This document shows positions 43,863-53,358 of a stretch of DNA of 64,000 nt, piece after piece. A model generated the notes under the pieces. That model was not told where the DNA came from, did not search any database, and was given only the letters and a program-made list of their open reading frames with translations. A program made the position numbers and the translations under genes. Each line of letters begins with the position of its first letter. Position 1 is the stretch's first letter. This DNA is from Escherichia coli (GTDB taxonomy: Bacteria; Pseudomonadota; Gammaproteobacteria; Enterobacterales; Enterobacteriaceae): assembly GCF_044324875.1 (NCBI RefSeq), contig NZ_CP172185.1. One strand, given 5' to 3'.

Positions 43863-44996
43863 ATGAGTGATATTATTTACCTGAACATAACCGGAGAACA
43901 ACAAGGATGTATTTCCTCTCGTTGTGGAACGAGCGCATCAATAGGTAATCGCTGGCAGATTGGCCATGAAGATGAAATCTTCGCGTTCTCGCTCTCTAAT
44001 AGTATTACGAATACAGGCAAAGGGTCACAATTGCATGGCCTTAGTTTCTGTAAATTGATTGACAAAAGCTCCCCGTTACTTATTAACGCTATTAACAATA
44101 ACGAGCAGTTGTTCATGGAGTTTGACTTCTATCGGATCAATAGATTTGGTCGATGGGAGAAATATTACAACATTCAACTTCGCGGCGCGCTCTTATCAGC
44201 AATCAATCACCTGTTTACTGAGAACAATCTGGATACAGAAACCATCACTGTCAGTTATGAATATATACTCTCCAGGCATCTGATTGCTAATACTGAATTT
44301 AGTTATTTGGCATTTCCCGATAACTACAACCGTCTGTTTATACCACGGCCAAAAACTAAAGATGATAATGGCCTCAAAACACTCAATAGTAAAGCGGTTG
44401 GCAGACTGCTTGCTGCTGGCGGCATATACAATGGGAATATCGAAGGATTCAGGGAAACAGCAAACAAGTTGGGAGGAGATGCACCTGCTGGTTACGATCA
44501 AGTTATGGATAACAAAGGGTTACTCATCGCTGGTGCTTCAATAGTTGCTGGAGTTGTTCTGGGAAGAATGAGATTCCCTGATTTGGAATCACTTGAGCAT
44601 TTCGGAGCCAGAGGAGCAGTATCAGGAAGACCATTTAATCCCGACCTTGCCGGTGGTCCAATTGAAAACCTGACGATAGATGGCGTAACAATCAACAGGG
44701 AAGGTATCGCTATTGTTGAAAAGCATATCTCCAGATTTGATCATGATCCAGCTAATGATGTAATGATTTCAAGGCTAAAGAAAATAGCAAATAAAGAATT
44801 GCTTCCTGAAAAATACGATCTGAACTACTATACTCATGAATGTCGCGAGTATCAGCGTTATTGTAATTTAGGATGGGAAACAGGTGAACCGAAAGGTTTA
44901 GATGGATATGAATTATGGAATAATGTACATACTGCAACTCTAGAAGACTTTAAAATTAAAGATACTGACTTATTTCATCCGGATGCAAAAAAATGA
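43863..44996 (+). CDS. Hcp-domain protein with C-terminal extension (candidate Hcp-fused type VI secretion effector toxin)
   Basis: 377-aa ORF in AT-rich DNA. N-terminal ~155 aa follow the Hcp family pattern (YLNITGE...LHGLSFCKLIDKSSPLL...YYNIQL), alignable by eye with E. coli Hcp. The C-terminal ~220 aa have no family I can assign. Family call is by recall, not by search. Confidence 0.7.
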   Translation: MSDIIYLNITGEQQGCISSRCGTSASIGNRWQIGHEDEIFAFSLSNSITNTGKGSQLHGLSFCKLIDKSSPLLINAINNNEQLFMEFDFYRINRFGRWEKYYNIQLRGALLSAINHLFTENNLDTETITVSYEYILSRHLIANTEFSYLAFPDNYNRLFIPRPKTKDDNGLKTLNSKAVGRLLAAGGIYNGNIEGFRETANKLGGDAPAGYDQVMDNKGLLIAGASIVAGVVLGRMRFPDLESLEHFGARGAVSGRPFNPDLAGGPIENLTIDGVTINREGIAIVEKHISRFDHDPANDVMISRLKKIANKELLPEKYDLNYYTHECREYQRYCNLGWETGEPKGLDGYELWNNVHTATLEDFKIKDTDLFHPDAKK

Positions 44997-45250
44997 CGAT
45001 TACGATAGTTGAATTTAACGTGCTGAAAGTTATGGCTGAGAAAGATATTGACTGGAGCTGGATGGTGCTGGATCGTACTTTAGCTATACGAAATATTCCA
45101 GGATTTGGCAACGTAGCGAATATCGTAACAAAGCTGGTTAATCATGGGTTGGTTGATATCGTAAATGGTGAGGGCAACTCTAGACCACGCTACAGAGTTT
45201 CTCAATATGGATTGAATCTTATCAAAGAACAACAAGACAACCTCTTCTGA
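44993..45250 (+). CDS. Small hypothetical protein, candidate cognate immunity protein
   Basis: 85-aa ORF whose ATG overlaps the upstream stop (ATGA at 44993-44996); paralogue of the next ORF; conserved LDRTL-IR-IPGFGNV-NIV-KL--GLV block. Confidence 0.6.
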   Translation: MTITIVEFNVLKVMAEKDIDWSWMVLDRTLAIRNIPGFGNVANIVTKLVNHGLVDIVNGEGNSRPRYRVSQYGLNLIKEQQDNLF

Positions 45251-45309
45251 TCCAGCCATTACAGGAGCATGATTTACATTGTGATCTTTCAATAAGATAC
45301 TCATCAATT

Positions 45310-45570
45310 TTGGTACAGAATATCGTGATCACTAAAAATGAACTTAACGTGCTGAACGTTATGACTGAGAAAGATATAAACTGGAACTGGATGAATCTCG
45401 ATCGCACACTATCCATAAGGCAAATTCCAGGATTCGGGAATGTTGTTAACATTGTTAACAAATTAGCTAACGAAGGTTTGGTTATTATTGAGGATAGCGG
45501 GAATAAGTCTATGCCTCACTACCACGTTAGTGAAAAGGGATACAATCTCGTGCAACGTGAGAATAAATAA
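45310..45570 (+). CDS. Small hypothetical protein, paralogue of the preceding gene (candidate second or orphan immunity protein)
   Basis: 86-aa ORF with roughly 60% identity by eye to the 44993-45250 product, plus clear nucleotide similarity; track start is TTG at 45310, and an in-frame GTG at 45325 is an alternative start. Confidence 0.5.
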   Translation: MVQNIVITKNELNVLNVMTEKDINWNWMNLDRTLSIRQIPGFGNVVNIVNKLANEGLVIIEDSGNKSMPHYHVSEKGYNLVQRENK

Positions 45571-45676
45571 CGTAGCGTTGATTACTGAACGGAATCACTC
45601 AAAACTGTGTTTTGCGAAAAAAACGATTCGGTTATTTCTGCTCCTGAAGATCAGCTTCAATCTGGCACTCATGCAA

Positions 45677-45702
45677 AATGGCTTCCAGTGCTGGAAGCCA
45701 TT
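45677..45702. repeat. 26-bp near-perfect palindrome between the insertion and the metE 3' end
   Basis: aatggcttccag tg ctggaagccatt; possible bidirectional terminator. Confidence 0.5.
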
Positions 45703-45738
45703 ATCGTACTGCAATTTACAGTGACTCGTTAATATTCG

Positions 45739-48000
45739 TCATCCCCGACGCAAATTCTGCGCCGCCTGCACCATGTTCGCCAGTGCCGCGCGGGTTTCTG
45801 GCCAGCCGCGCGTTTTCAGGCCACAGTCCGGGTTGACCCACAGACGCTCTGCCGGAATGCGTTTTGCCGCTTTCTTCAGCAAGGCTTCAATCCATTCCAC
45901 GCTCGGTACGTTTGGCGAGTGAATGTCATAGACGCCAGGACCGATTTCATTTGGATAATCAAACTCTTCAAACGACTCCAGCAACTCCATGTCGGAACGC
46001 GAGGTTTCGATGGTGATGACGTCTGCGTCCAGCGCCGCAATCGAATCCATGATGTCGTTGAACTCGCAGTAACACATGTGAGTGTGGATTTGTGTGTCAT
46101 CTTTCGCCACGGCGGCGTTGATACGGAAAGCCTCCACGCCCCACTGGAGATAGGCATCCCAGTCGCCGCGACGCAGCGGTAAACCTTCGCGCAGTGCCGG
46201 TTCATCAATCTGGATGATGCCAATTCCAGCGGCTTCCAGGTCCGCCACTTCATCACGCAGCGCCAGCGCAATTTGTTTGGCGATGGTTTCACGGCTGACA
46301 TCTTCACGCGGGAACGACCAGCAGAGAATGGTCACCGGGCCGGTCAGCATCCCTTTCACCGGTTTGTCAGTCAGCGATTGCGCATACTTCGCCCACTCAA
46401 TGGTAATCGGTGCCGGGCGGCTAACGTCACCAATGACAATCGGCGGCTTCACGCAGCGGGAACCGTAGCTCTGTACCCAACCGTTTTGCGTAAAGACAAA
46501 ACCGTCGAGATGCTCGCCAAAGTATTCCACCATGTCATTACGCTCGGCCTCGCCATGCACCAGCACATCCAGACCTAAACGTTCCTGCTCAACAATGGCC
46601 TGCTTGATATGTTCCGCAATGCCCGTGCGGTAGTTGTTGGCGTCGAGATTACCCTTTTTGAAATCCAGACGCAGGGTACGAATTTCCGTGGTTTGCGGGA
46701 AGGAACCAATCGTGGTGGTCGGCCACGCGGGCAGTTTAAAACGCGCACGCTGGGCTTCAGCACGCACTTCATAGACATTCGCACGCTGACTGTCCTGAGC
46801 GGTGATCGCCGCCAGACGCTTTTCTACTGCCGGATTATGTACGCGGGTTGAGTGACGACGCGCCTGAATCGGAGCGCTCCACTCTGCCAGAGCAGCCGTG
46901 TCACCACTGTTCAGCGCATCGCGCAGCAGTGCCAGTTCATGACATTTTTGCAGGGCGAAGGCAAACCAGCTTTTCACTTCTGCATCAAGACGCGTTTCCA
47001 CGCTCAGGTCGATGGGGCTGTGCAGCAGTGAGCAGGAAGATGCCACCCACAAATCGCGTTTGCCGACAATGTCCTTAATTTGCGCATACTTCTCGGTAAG
47101 ATCGGCGCGCCAGACGTTACGACCATTGATCAGACCCGCAGACAGCAGCCAGTCAGAAGGCAGACGCTTGTGCAGTTCAGCAACGTCATCTTTACCATGT
47201 ACAAGATCGACATGCAGACCCTGAACAGGCAGCGCAGTAATCGTGTCGAGATTTGGCGTTACGCCTTCAAAATAGGTGGTCAGCAGCAGTTTCACCTGTC
47301 CCTGGAGCGCGTCGTAAGCGGGTTTGTATGCGTCCAGCCACGCCTGCGGTAGTTCCAGTACCAGCGCTGGTTCGTCGATCTGTACCCACTCAATACCGCG
47401 TTTTGCCAGTTCTGCCAGCACTTGCTGATAAATCGGAAGAATGTCGTTCAGCAGGCTCAGGCGATCAAACTGTTCACCTTTCACTTTACCCAGCCACAGG
47501 TAGGTAACCGGCCCCAGCAGCACAGGTTTCACCTTGTGGCCCAGCGCCAGCGCCTCGTCCACTTCCTCCAGCAGCTGCGTCCAGGTCAGTTTGAACTGTT
47601 GGCCTTTAACGAACTCCGGCACCATGTAGTGATAGTTGGTGTTAAACCATTTGGTCATTTCCGCTGCCGCCGCAGGTTCACCAGTCGGCGCACGTCCACG
47701 ACCAATACGGAACAGGGTGTCGATATCTACCGAACCATCTTTGTTCTGATGACGTGGCGGAACATTACCCAGCAGCAGACTGGTGGTCAGTACATGATCG
47801 TACCAGGCAAAATCGCCCACCGGCAGCAGGTCGATACCCGCCTGCTTTTGTTGATCCCAGTGACGGGCACGTAATTCACGCCCAACCGCCAGCAGTTCTT
47901 CACGCGTGGAGTTCCCCGCCCAATAACTTTCTTGCGCTTTTTTCAGCTCGCGACGCAGGCCAACGCGAGGGAAACCGAGGGTGTGATTCAATATTGTCAT
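45739..48000 (-). CDS. metE: Cobalamin-independent methionine synthase
   Basis: 753-aa [32 protein letters not shown]... Confidence 0.97.
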   Translation of the reverse strand: MTILNHTLGFPRVGLRRELKKAQESYWAGNSTREELLAVGRELRARHWDQQKQAGIDLLPVGDFAWYDHVLTTSLLLGNVPPRHQNKDGSVDIDTLFRIGRGRAPTGEPAAAAEMTKWFNTNYHYMVPEFVKGQQFKLTWTQLLEEVDEALALGHKVKPVLLGPVTYLWLGKVKGEQFDRLSLLNDILPIYQQVLAELAKRGIEWVQIDEPALVLELPQAWLDAYKPAYDALQGQVKLLLTTYFEGVTPNLDTITALPVQGLHVDLVHGKDDVAELHKRLPSDWLLSAGLINGRNVWRADLTEKYAQIKDIVGKRDLWVASSCSLLHSPIDLSVETRLDAEVKSWFAFALQKCHELALLRDALNSGDTAALAEWSAPIQARRHSTRVHNPAVEKRLAAITAQDSQRANVYEVRAEAQRARFKLPAWPTTTIGSFPQTTEIRTLRLDFKKGNLDANNYRTGIAEHIKQAIVEQERLGLDVLVHGEAERNDMVEYFGEHLDGFVFTQNGWVQSYGSRCVKPPIVIGDVSRPAPITIEWAKYAQSLTDKPVKGMLTGPVTILCWSFPREDVSRETIAKQIALALRDEVADLEAAGIGIIQIDEPALREGLPLRRGDWDAYLQWGVEAFRINAAVAKDDTQIHTHMCYCEFNDIMDSIAALDADVITIETSRSDMELLESFEEFDYPNEIGPGVYDIHSPNVPSVEWIEALLKKAAKRIPAERLWVNPDCGLKTRGWPETRAALANMVQAAQNLRRG

Positions 48001-48235
48001 TTTTCTTCCTCTAATTATATGTAAATCCTATGGATTTTGAATTTAGGGAAGGCGGCAAGTTTATTCATCCCCGGGAGCTTACTGAAGTAAGTGACCGGGG
48101 TGAAGAAACGCAGCCAACGCACCATAAATTTAAAAGACGAAGGATTTTAGCCGTCCAGATGTTTACACATCCATAATTGGCGGTTACTGTATATTCCTCA
48201 AGCGCAAATTATTCATGCCGAAGTGAAGGACTTTC
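48001..48235. promoter_or_regulatory. Divergent metE/metR control region (expected MetR and MetJ sites)
   Basis: Intergenic region between divergent metE and metR; met-box-like agacg/gtccagatgtttacacatcc sequences; sites not mapped precisely. Confidence 0.4.
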
Positions 48236-49189
48236 ATGATCGAAGTAAAACATCTGAAAACGCTACAAGCGTTGCGGAACTGCGGCTCGCTCGCAGCCGC
48301 TGCGGCGACGTTGCATCAGACGCAATCCGCCCTGTCTCACCAGTTTAGCGATCTGGAACAACGCCTTGGCTTCCGGCTATTTGTGCGTAAGAGCCAGCCG
48401 CTTCGCTTTACACCGCAGGGAGAAATCCTGTTGCAACTGGCAAATCAGGTGCTGCCGCAAATCAGCCAGGCACTGCAAGCCTGCAATGAACCGCAGCAGA
48501 CGCGTCTGCGCATTGCCATCGAGTGCCATAGCTGTATTCAGTGGCTGACGCCCGCGTTAGAAAATTTCCATAAGAACTGGCCGCAGGTCGAGATGGACTT
48601 TAAATCGGGCGTGACGTTTGACCCGCAGCCTGCGTTGCAACAGGGCGAGCTGGATCTGGTGATGACGTCAGATATTCTGCCGCGCAGTGGCCTGCATTAT
48701 TCGCCGATGTTCGATTATGAAGTGCGTCTGGTGTTGGCACCTGACCATCCGCTGGCGGCGAAAACGCGTATTACACCGGAAGATCTCGCCAGCGAGACGC
48801 TGTTGATTTATCCGGTGCAGCGTAGTCGACTGGATGTCTGGCGGCATTTTCTTCAGCCAGCAGGCGTCAGCCCGTCACTGAAAAGCGTCGATAACACCTT
48901 ATTGTTGATTCAGATGGTTGCCGCGCGGATGGGTATTGCCGCACTACCGCATTGGGTGGTGGAGAGTTTTGAACGCCAGGGTCTGGTGGTGACCAAAACC
49001 CTGGGCGAAGGCTTGTGGAGCCGACTGTACGCCGCCGTGCGCGATGGCGAGCAGCGTCAGCCGATTACAGAAGCGTTTATTCGCTCAGCGCGCAATCACG
49101 CCTGCGATCATCTGCCGTTTGTGAAGAGCGCGGAGCGACCCACTTACGATGCACCCACAGTGAGGCCAGGATCACCAGCGCGCCTGTAA
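48236..49189 (+). CDS. metR: LysR-family transcriptional activator MetR
   Basis: 317-aa ORF with N-terminal HTH ([24 protein letters not shown]). Confidence 0.96.
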   Translation: MIEVKHLKTLQALRNCGSLAAAAATLHQTQSALSHQFSDLEQRLGFRLFVRKSQPLRFTPQGEILLQLANQVLPQISQALQACNEPQQTRLRIAIECHSCIQWLTPALENFHKNWPQVEMDFKSGVTFDPQPALQQGELDLVMTSDILPRSGLHYSPMFDYEVRLVLAPDHPLAAKTRITPEDLASETLLIYPVQRSRLDVWRHFLQPAGVSPSLKSVDNTLLLIQMVAARMGIAALPHWVVESFERQGLVVTKTLGEGLWSRLYAAVRDGEQRQPITEAFIRSARNHACDHLPFVKSAERPTYDAPTVRPGSPARL

Positions 49190-49976
49190 TAAACGTTGGC
49201 CAGTGCGGCTGTTGGTGCCAGATAGCCAGGTTTACCAGCAGCCCTGCCGGAACGTGCATATTATTCATAATGCCCAGCGTTCCGGCGTCCACCTGCGTCG
49301 CGCCGTAGTTCCACATAAAGTAGCCAATCCCGGAAGCCACCACGCCAAGAAACACCAGAATGCCCCATTGCAACGTGGTTTGCGGCATTTTCTGCGCATT
49401 TCCCAGCAAGAACCATGCAATCACCGCCACCAGGAACGCGCCAAGATAGAACCACGCAAAGGCGTTATGCTGCGGCATCGGGCGAGTTTCCATCAGACGT
49501 TTGTAACCCACCATGCCGATGGCAAAAGTGATATTGGAGAGCTGCACCAGCAGCAGGCCAGTCCAGAAGTGGTCGGTGACCTGATCATAGCGAATAATCC
49601 CGGCACCAATCACCGCCAACAAGGCGCTAAAAGCATAGCCCCAGCGCAGACGGCGCTGACTCATGATGTCATAAATCAACGTGATGTAGAGCGGCGTCAG
49701 TACGGTGAACAGCAGCAGCTCGGAGACCGTCAGGTAGAGATAGGCGCGGAAACTCAGCATATACATCACGCCGAGCTGCATCGCGCCTACCAGCATATAC
49801 AGGCCGACCGTTTTCAGGCTATTGCCACGGGTACGCAGAAACGGCAGAAAAACCAGTGCCGCCAGGCCAACGCGCACCAGCACTGCAAAATAGCTATCGA
49901 CGTGCCCCGCAAGGTACTCGCCATAAAAGCTAAAGGAGAAGGCCCACAGAATCGTGGTGATGATAAGTAGCGCCAC
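49077..49976 (-). CDS. yigM: EamA/DMT-family transporter YigM (biotin transporter BioP)
   Basis: 299-aa polytopic membrane ORF; its 3' end overlaps the metR 3' end. Confidence 0.9.
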   Translation of the reverse strand: MALLIITTILWAFSFSFYGEYLAGHVDSYFAVLVRVGLAALVFLPFLRTRGNSLKTVGLYMLVGAMQLGVMYMLSFRAYLYLTVSELLLFTVLTPLYITLIYDIMSQRRLRWGYAFSALLAVIGAGIIRYDQVTDHFWTGLLLVQLSNITFAIGMVGYKRLMETRPMPQHNAFAWFYLGAFLVAVIAWFLLGNAQKMPQTTLQWGILVFLGVVASGIGYFMWNYGATQVDAGTLGIMNNMHVPAGLLVNLAIWHQQPHWPTFITGALVILASLWVHRKWVAPRSSQTADDRRRDCALSE

Positions 49977-50051
49977 AATGGAAAACTCTTTGATTAACGA
50001 GTATCCATTGTAGCGAAGTATCAGGTTGACAACTGACCAAATAAAGAACGA

Positions 50052-50852
50052 TTACGATAAATAGAGCTTACGCAGATAATGCGGCACTGCGTCCTCGGCG
50101 TTAGTACCAATCACTTCCAGTTCCGGATGCAGATCTTTCAGACGCTGGTGCGCACTGCCCATAATGCAGCCTTTCCCCGCCATCGACAGCATTTCGGCGT
50201 CGTTCATCCCGTCACCAAACGCAATACAATCTTGCAGGCTGTAGCCCAGTTTCTTCGCCACCGCTTCCAGCGCATGACCTTTCGACACGCCGCCCGCCAT
50301 CACTTCCAGACAGGTTAAGGTAGAGAAACTGACGTTGACGCGATCGCCCCAGCGAGCGTTGATCGCCTGCTCCAGCGGCAGAAGTTGTTCATGGGAATCG
50401 CAGGTGAAGAACACTTTGCTGACGCCTTCCGGCTCCAGTAATCCCGGCTCATACAGCGCATATTTGAACACCGCTTCTTTAAAAAAGCGCATCTCTTCCG
50501 GGCGATGGCGATTCATAAACCATTCGTCGTCGCGATAAACGTTAGTAATGATGTCCGGATTGTCGTTGACTACGCCAAACAGATCGCTGGCAATGTCGCG
50601 ATCCAGGTTATGAGCAAAAATCAGATTGCCATCCAGATCGTGAACGCGCGCGCCATTGGAGGTAATCATGTAAGACTTAATCTCCAGATTATCGCGAATT
50701 TGCCCCACATCAACGTGGTGACGACCGGTCGCAAACACAAAGTTGATGCCGCGCGCGGTGAGCAGCTTCAGAGTTTCTTTGGCGTAAGGGGATAACGTAT
50801 GGTCGGGAGAAAGTAACGTGCCATCTAAATCAGACGCAACAACCTGGTACAT
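50052..50852 (-). CDS. yigL: HAD-family sugar phosphatase YigL
   Basis: Start chosen at MYQVVASDLDGTLL (HAD motif I DxDGT), 266 aa; the track ORF extends upstream into pldB. Confidence 0.92.
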   Translation of the reverse strand: MYQVVASDLDGTLLSPDHTLSPYAKETLKLLTARGINFVFATGRHHVDVGQIRDNLEIKSYMITSNGARVHDLDGNLIFAHNLDRDIASDLFGVVNDNPDIITNVYRDDEWFMNRHRPEEMRFFKEAVFKYALYEPGLLEPEGVSKVFFTCDSHEQLLPLEQAINARWGDRVNVSFSTLTCLEVMAGGVSKGHALEAVAKKLGYSLQDCIAFGDGMNDAEMLSMAGKGCIMGSAHQRLKDLHPELEVIGTNAEDAVPHYLRKLYLS

Positions 50853-50859
50853 AAGAAAT

Positions 50860-51882
50860 TTAAACCTCTGTAGAGCGGTTTCCGCTGGGTGAGTTATGCC
50901 TGTTGAAAAAATCAACGATGGCGTGGAGCGCGACTGAGCGCATTGCGTCCTTTTCAAAAAGGATCTCATGGTACGCACCTTTAATTACCAACGGCCGTCC
51001 TCCTTCGACAGGATGGCCCGCGGCAGTGCGGAGTTCACAAAAACGGTCGTGCATGCGGTTATCCACCACGCGTTCCTCTTCAGCTTGTAAGAGAAGCGTT
51101 GGCGTGGTGTCATCACCCGCACCGGCTAACACCTGTTCGCCAGCCAGAATACTTTCGCGTACCCAATGGTAGGTCGGCCCACCGACGCGAATCGTTGGGT
51201 CATCAGCATAGAAGCGTAAGTTACGTCGATATCGCTGTCTGCTGTGGGTCAGTACGTTGATAGCAAACGGCAACGCGCGCCAGCGCCCGGTGCCTATTGC
51301 ATAGCCATCACGGAAACGTGGATGCGCTTCGGCCCAGTTGAGGATCTGCCGTGCCATAAATGACGGCATACGAATCACGATCCCAAACATTGGCGCAGTT
51401 AGCGCAATGGCGTCACATACACCTGGATGGCGTTGCAGAAATAATGTGGAGATCGCACCGCCCATTGAATGTGCCAGTATATAGCGTTTACGCCACGGAC
51501 CGGGCTGAACCTCCTGTTGCCAGAATGCCGCCAGATCATCAACATAATCATTAAAGCGATTAACATGCCCGAGATGCGGATCGGCTAACAGGCGACCGGA
51601 ACGTCCCTGCCCGCGATGGTCGATGATTAAGACATCAAACCCCAAATGGAACAGGTCATAGGCCAGTTCCGCATATTTTACGTAGCTCTCAATACGCCCC
51701 GGGCAGATGACTACCACCCGGTCATGGTGCTGTGCGCGAAAACGGACAAAGCGCACCGGAATGTCATCCACACCAGTAAATTCTGCTTCATCACGCTGAC
51801 GCCAGAAATCAGTCAGCGGTCCCATGGTAAAAGCAGCAAACGCGTTTTCTCTTGTTTCCCAGTCTTTTTGCTGCTGAAACAT
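50860..51882 (-). CDS. pldB: Lysophospholipase L2
   Basis: 340-aa ORF with alpha/beta hydrolase motif AHSMGG. Confidence 0.95.
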   Translation of the reverse strand: MFQQQKDWETRENAFAAFTMGPLTDFWRQRDEAEFTGVDDIPVRFVRFRAQHHDRVVVICPGRIESYVKYAELAYDLFHLGFDVLIIDHRGQGRSGRLLADPHLGHVNRFNDYVDDLAAFWQQEVQPGPWRKRYILAHSMGGAISTLFLQRHPGVCDAIALTAPMFGIVIRMPSFMARQILNWAEAHPRFRDGYAIGTGRWRALPFAINVLTHSRQRYRRNLRFYADDPTIRVGGPTYHWVRESILAGEQVLAGAGDDTTPTLLLQAEEERVVDNRMHDRFCELRTAAGHPVEGGRPLVIKGAYHEILFEKDAMRSVALHAIVDFFNRHNSPSGNRSTEV

Positions 51883-51992
51883 CGGGTAATCTGCCTCTTA
51901 AACCACGTAAAATCGTTTTTTTAAGCGTGCCTGACACAACGCTGCGACAGTAGCGTATTGTGGCACAAAAATAGACACACCGGGAGTTCATC

Positions 51993-52613
51993 ATGACCTT
52001 AGAATGGTGGTTTGCCTACCTGCTGACATCGATCATTTTAAGCCTGTCGCCAGGCTCTGGCGCAATCAACACCATGACCACCTCGCTCAACCACGGTTAT
52101 CGCGGCGCGGTGGCGTCTATTGCTGGGCTTCAGACCGGACTGGCGATTCATATTGTGCTGGTTGGCGTGGGGTTGGGGACGCTATTTTCCCGCTCAGTGA
52201 TTGCGTTTGAAGTGTTGAAGTGGGCAGGCGCAGCTTACTTGATTTGGCTGGGAATACAGCAATGGCGCGCCGCTGGTGCAATTGACCTTAAATCGCTAGC
52301 CTCTACTCAATCGCGCCGACATTTGTTCCAGCGCGCAGTGTTTGTGAATCTTACCAATCCCAAAAGTATTGTGTTTCTGGCAGCGCTATTTCCGCAATTC
52401 ATCATGCCGCAGCAACCACAACTGATGCAGTATATCGTGCTCGGCGTCACCACTATTGTGGTCGATATTATTGTGATGATCGGTTACGCCACCCTTGCTC
52501 AACGGATTGCTCTATGGATTAAAGGACCAAAGCAGATGAAGGCGCTGAATAAGATTTTCGGCTCGTTGTTTATGCTGGTGGGAGCGCTGTTAGCATCGGC
52601 GAGGCATGCGTGA
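51993..52613 (+). CDS. rhtB: LysE-family homoserine/homoserine lactone exporter
   Basis: 206-aa membrane [30 protein letters not shown]... Confidence 0.93.
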
Positions 52614-52621
52614 AAAATAAT

Positions 52622-52651
52622 GTCGGATGCGGCGTAAACGCCTTATCCGAC
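52622..52651. repeat. REP element
   Basis: gtcggatgcggcgtaaacgccttatccgac. Confidence 0.7.
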
Positions 52652-52674
52652 TTACTCTGATGACGCGTCTGGCA

Positions 52675-53295
52675 TCAACGCGAAATAATCAAATGAATGC
52701 CAAATCCGGCAAATAACGCCCCGGCAAAACCATCAATCCACTTCGCCAGACGCTGATAACCACGGCGCATTTGCGGCAAAGCAAACAGGCTGGCAACGAC
52801 GGTAAACCACGCCAGTGTTTCGATAATAATCAACGCGAAAATGCCCCAGCGCTCAGTGGTGCCGACGTTATCGCCGACAAACAGCGAGAATACCGAACCA
52901 AAGTAGATAATCGCTTTCGGATTGGCGAGATTGGTCAGTAAGCCTTTCAGGAAACTGCGCCCGCTTTTTGCCAGCTCAACCTGTGGTGCAGGCGCAGAAA
53001 CCGCCTCTTTTTTCAGTGCACCGCGTAGCATCTGGTAACCCATCCAGCAGAGATACAGGCCTCCGCCCACCATAATCAGCGTATGCAGCCAGGCCATTTT
53101 TTCGATAATCAAATGCAGGCCAAGCAACGCAATCCCAGCCCAAACCATTACGCCGCAGGTAATGCCCAGCACGCCCATCATCGCTTCTTTACGGGAACGA
53201 CTGACAGCGGTCTGAGAGACAAAAAAGAAATCGGGACCGGGGCTCATAAGCGCCACAATGTGCACCATGGCGACGGTGAGGAATAACATCAACAT
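52675..53295 (-). CDS. rhtC: LysE-family threonine exporter
   Basis: 206-aa membrane ORF MLMLFLTVAMVHIVALMSPGPDFFFV... Confidence 0.93.
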   Translation of the reverse strand: MLMLFLTVAMVHIVALMSPGPDFFFVSQTAVSRSRKEAMMGVLGITCGVMVWAGIALLGLHLIIEKMAWLHTLIMVGGGLYLCWMGYQMLRGALKKEAVSAPAPQVELAKSGRSFLKGLLTNLANPKAIIYFGSVFSLFVGDNVGTTERWGIFALIIIETLAWFTVVASLFALPQMRRGYQRLAKWIDGFAGALFAGFGIHLIISR

Positions 53296-53358
53296 ACATT
53301 AGACTCGCGGGGGAAACGTTTACGGAGTCTTCATCCTGGCACTTTTTTATCCTGCTGA

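Noticed and set aside
43877-44501. Minus-strand ORFs of 79 and 101 aa inside the Hcp-fusion gene
   Set aside because: Short antisense frames in AT-rich DNA with no RBS context; the + strand frame has the coherent Hcp-like translation.
45080-45461. Minus-strand ORFs of 75 and 79 aa overlapping the two small paralogous genes
   Set aside because: Antisense frames; the + strand ORFs are supported by paralogy and translational coupling.
45310-45570. Second small paralogue as a pseudogene
   Set aside because: Considered because of the weak TTG start and lack of a Shine-Dalgarno sequence, but the frame is intact over its full length with an alternative GTG start, so it is kept as a probable gene.
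43472-45738. Whether the insertion is a prophage remnant, IS element or integron cassette
   Set aside because: No integrase, transposase, terminal inverted repeats, attC-like site or phage structural genes visible; left as an island of unknown acquisition mechanism.
49203-49970. 255-aa + strand ORF
   Set aside because: Antisense to the membrane transporter yigM.
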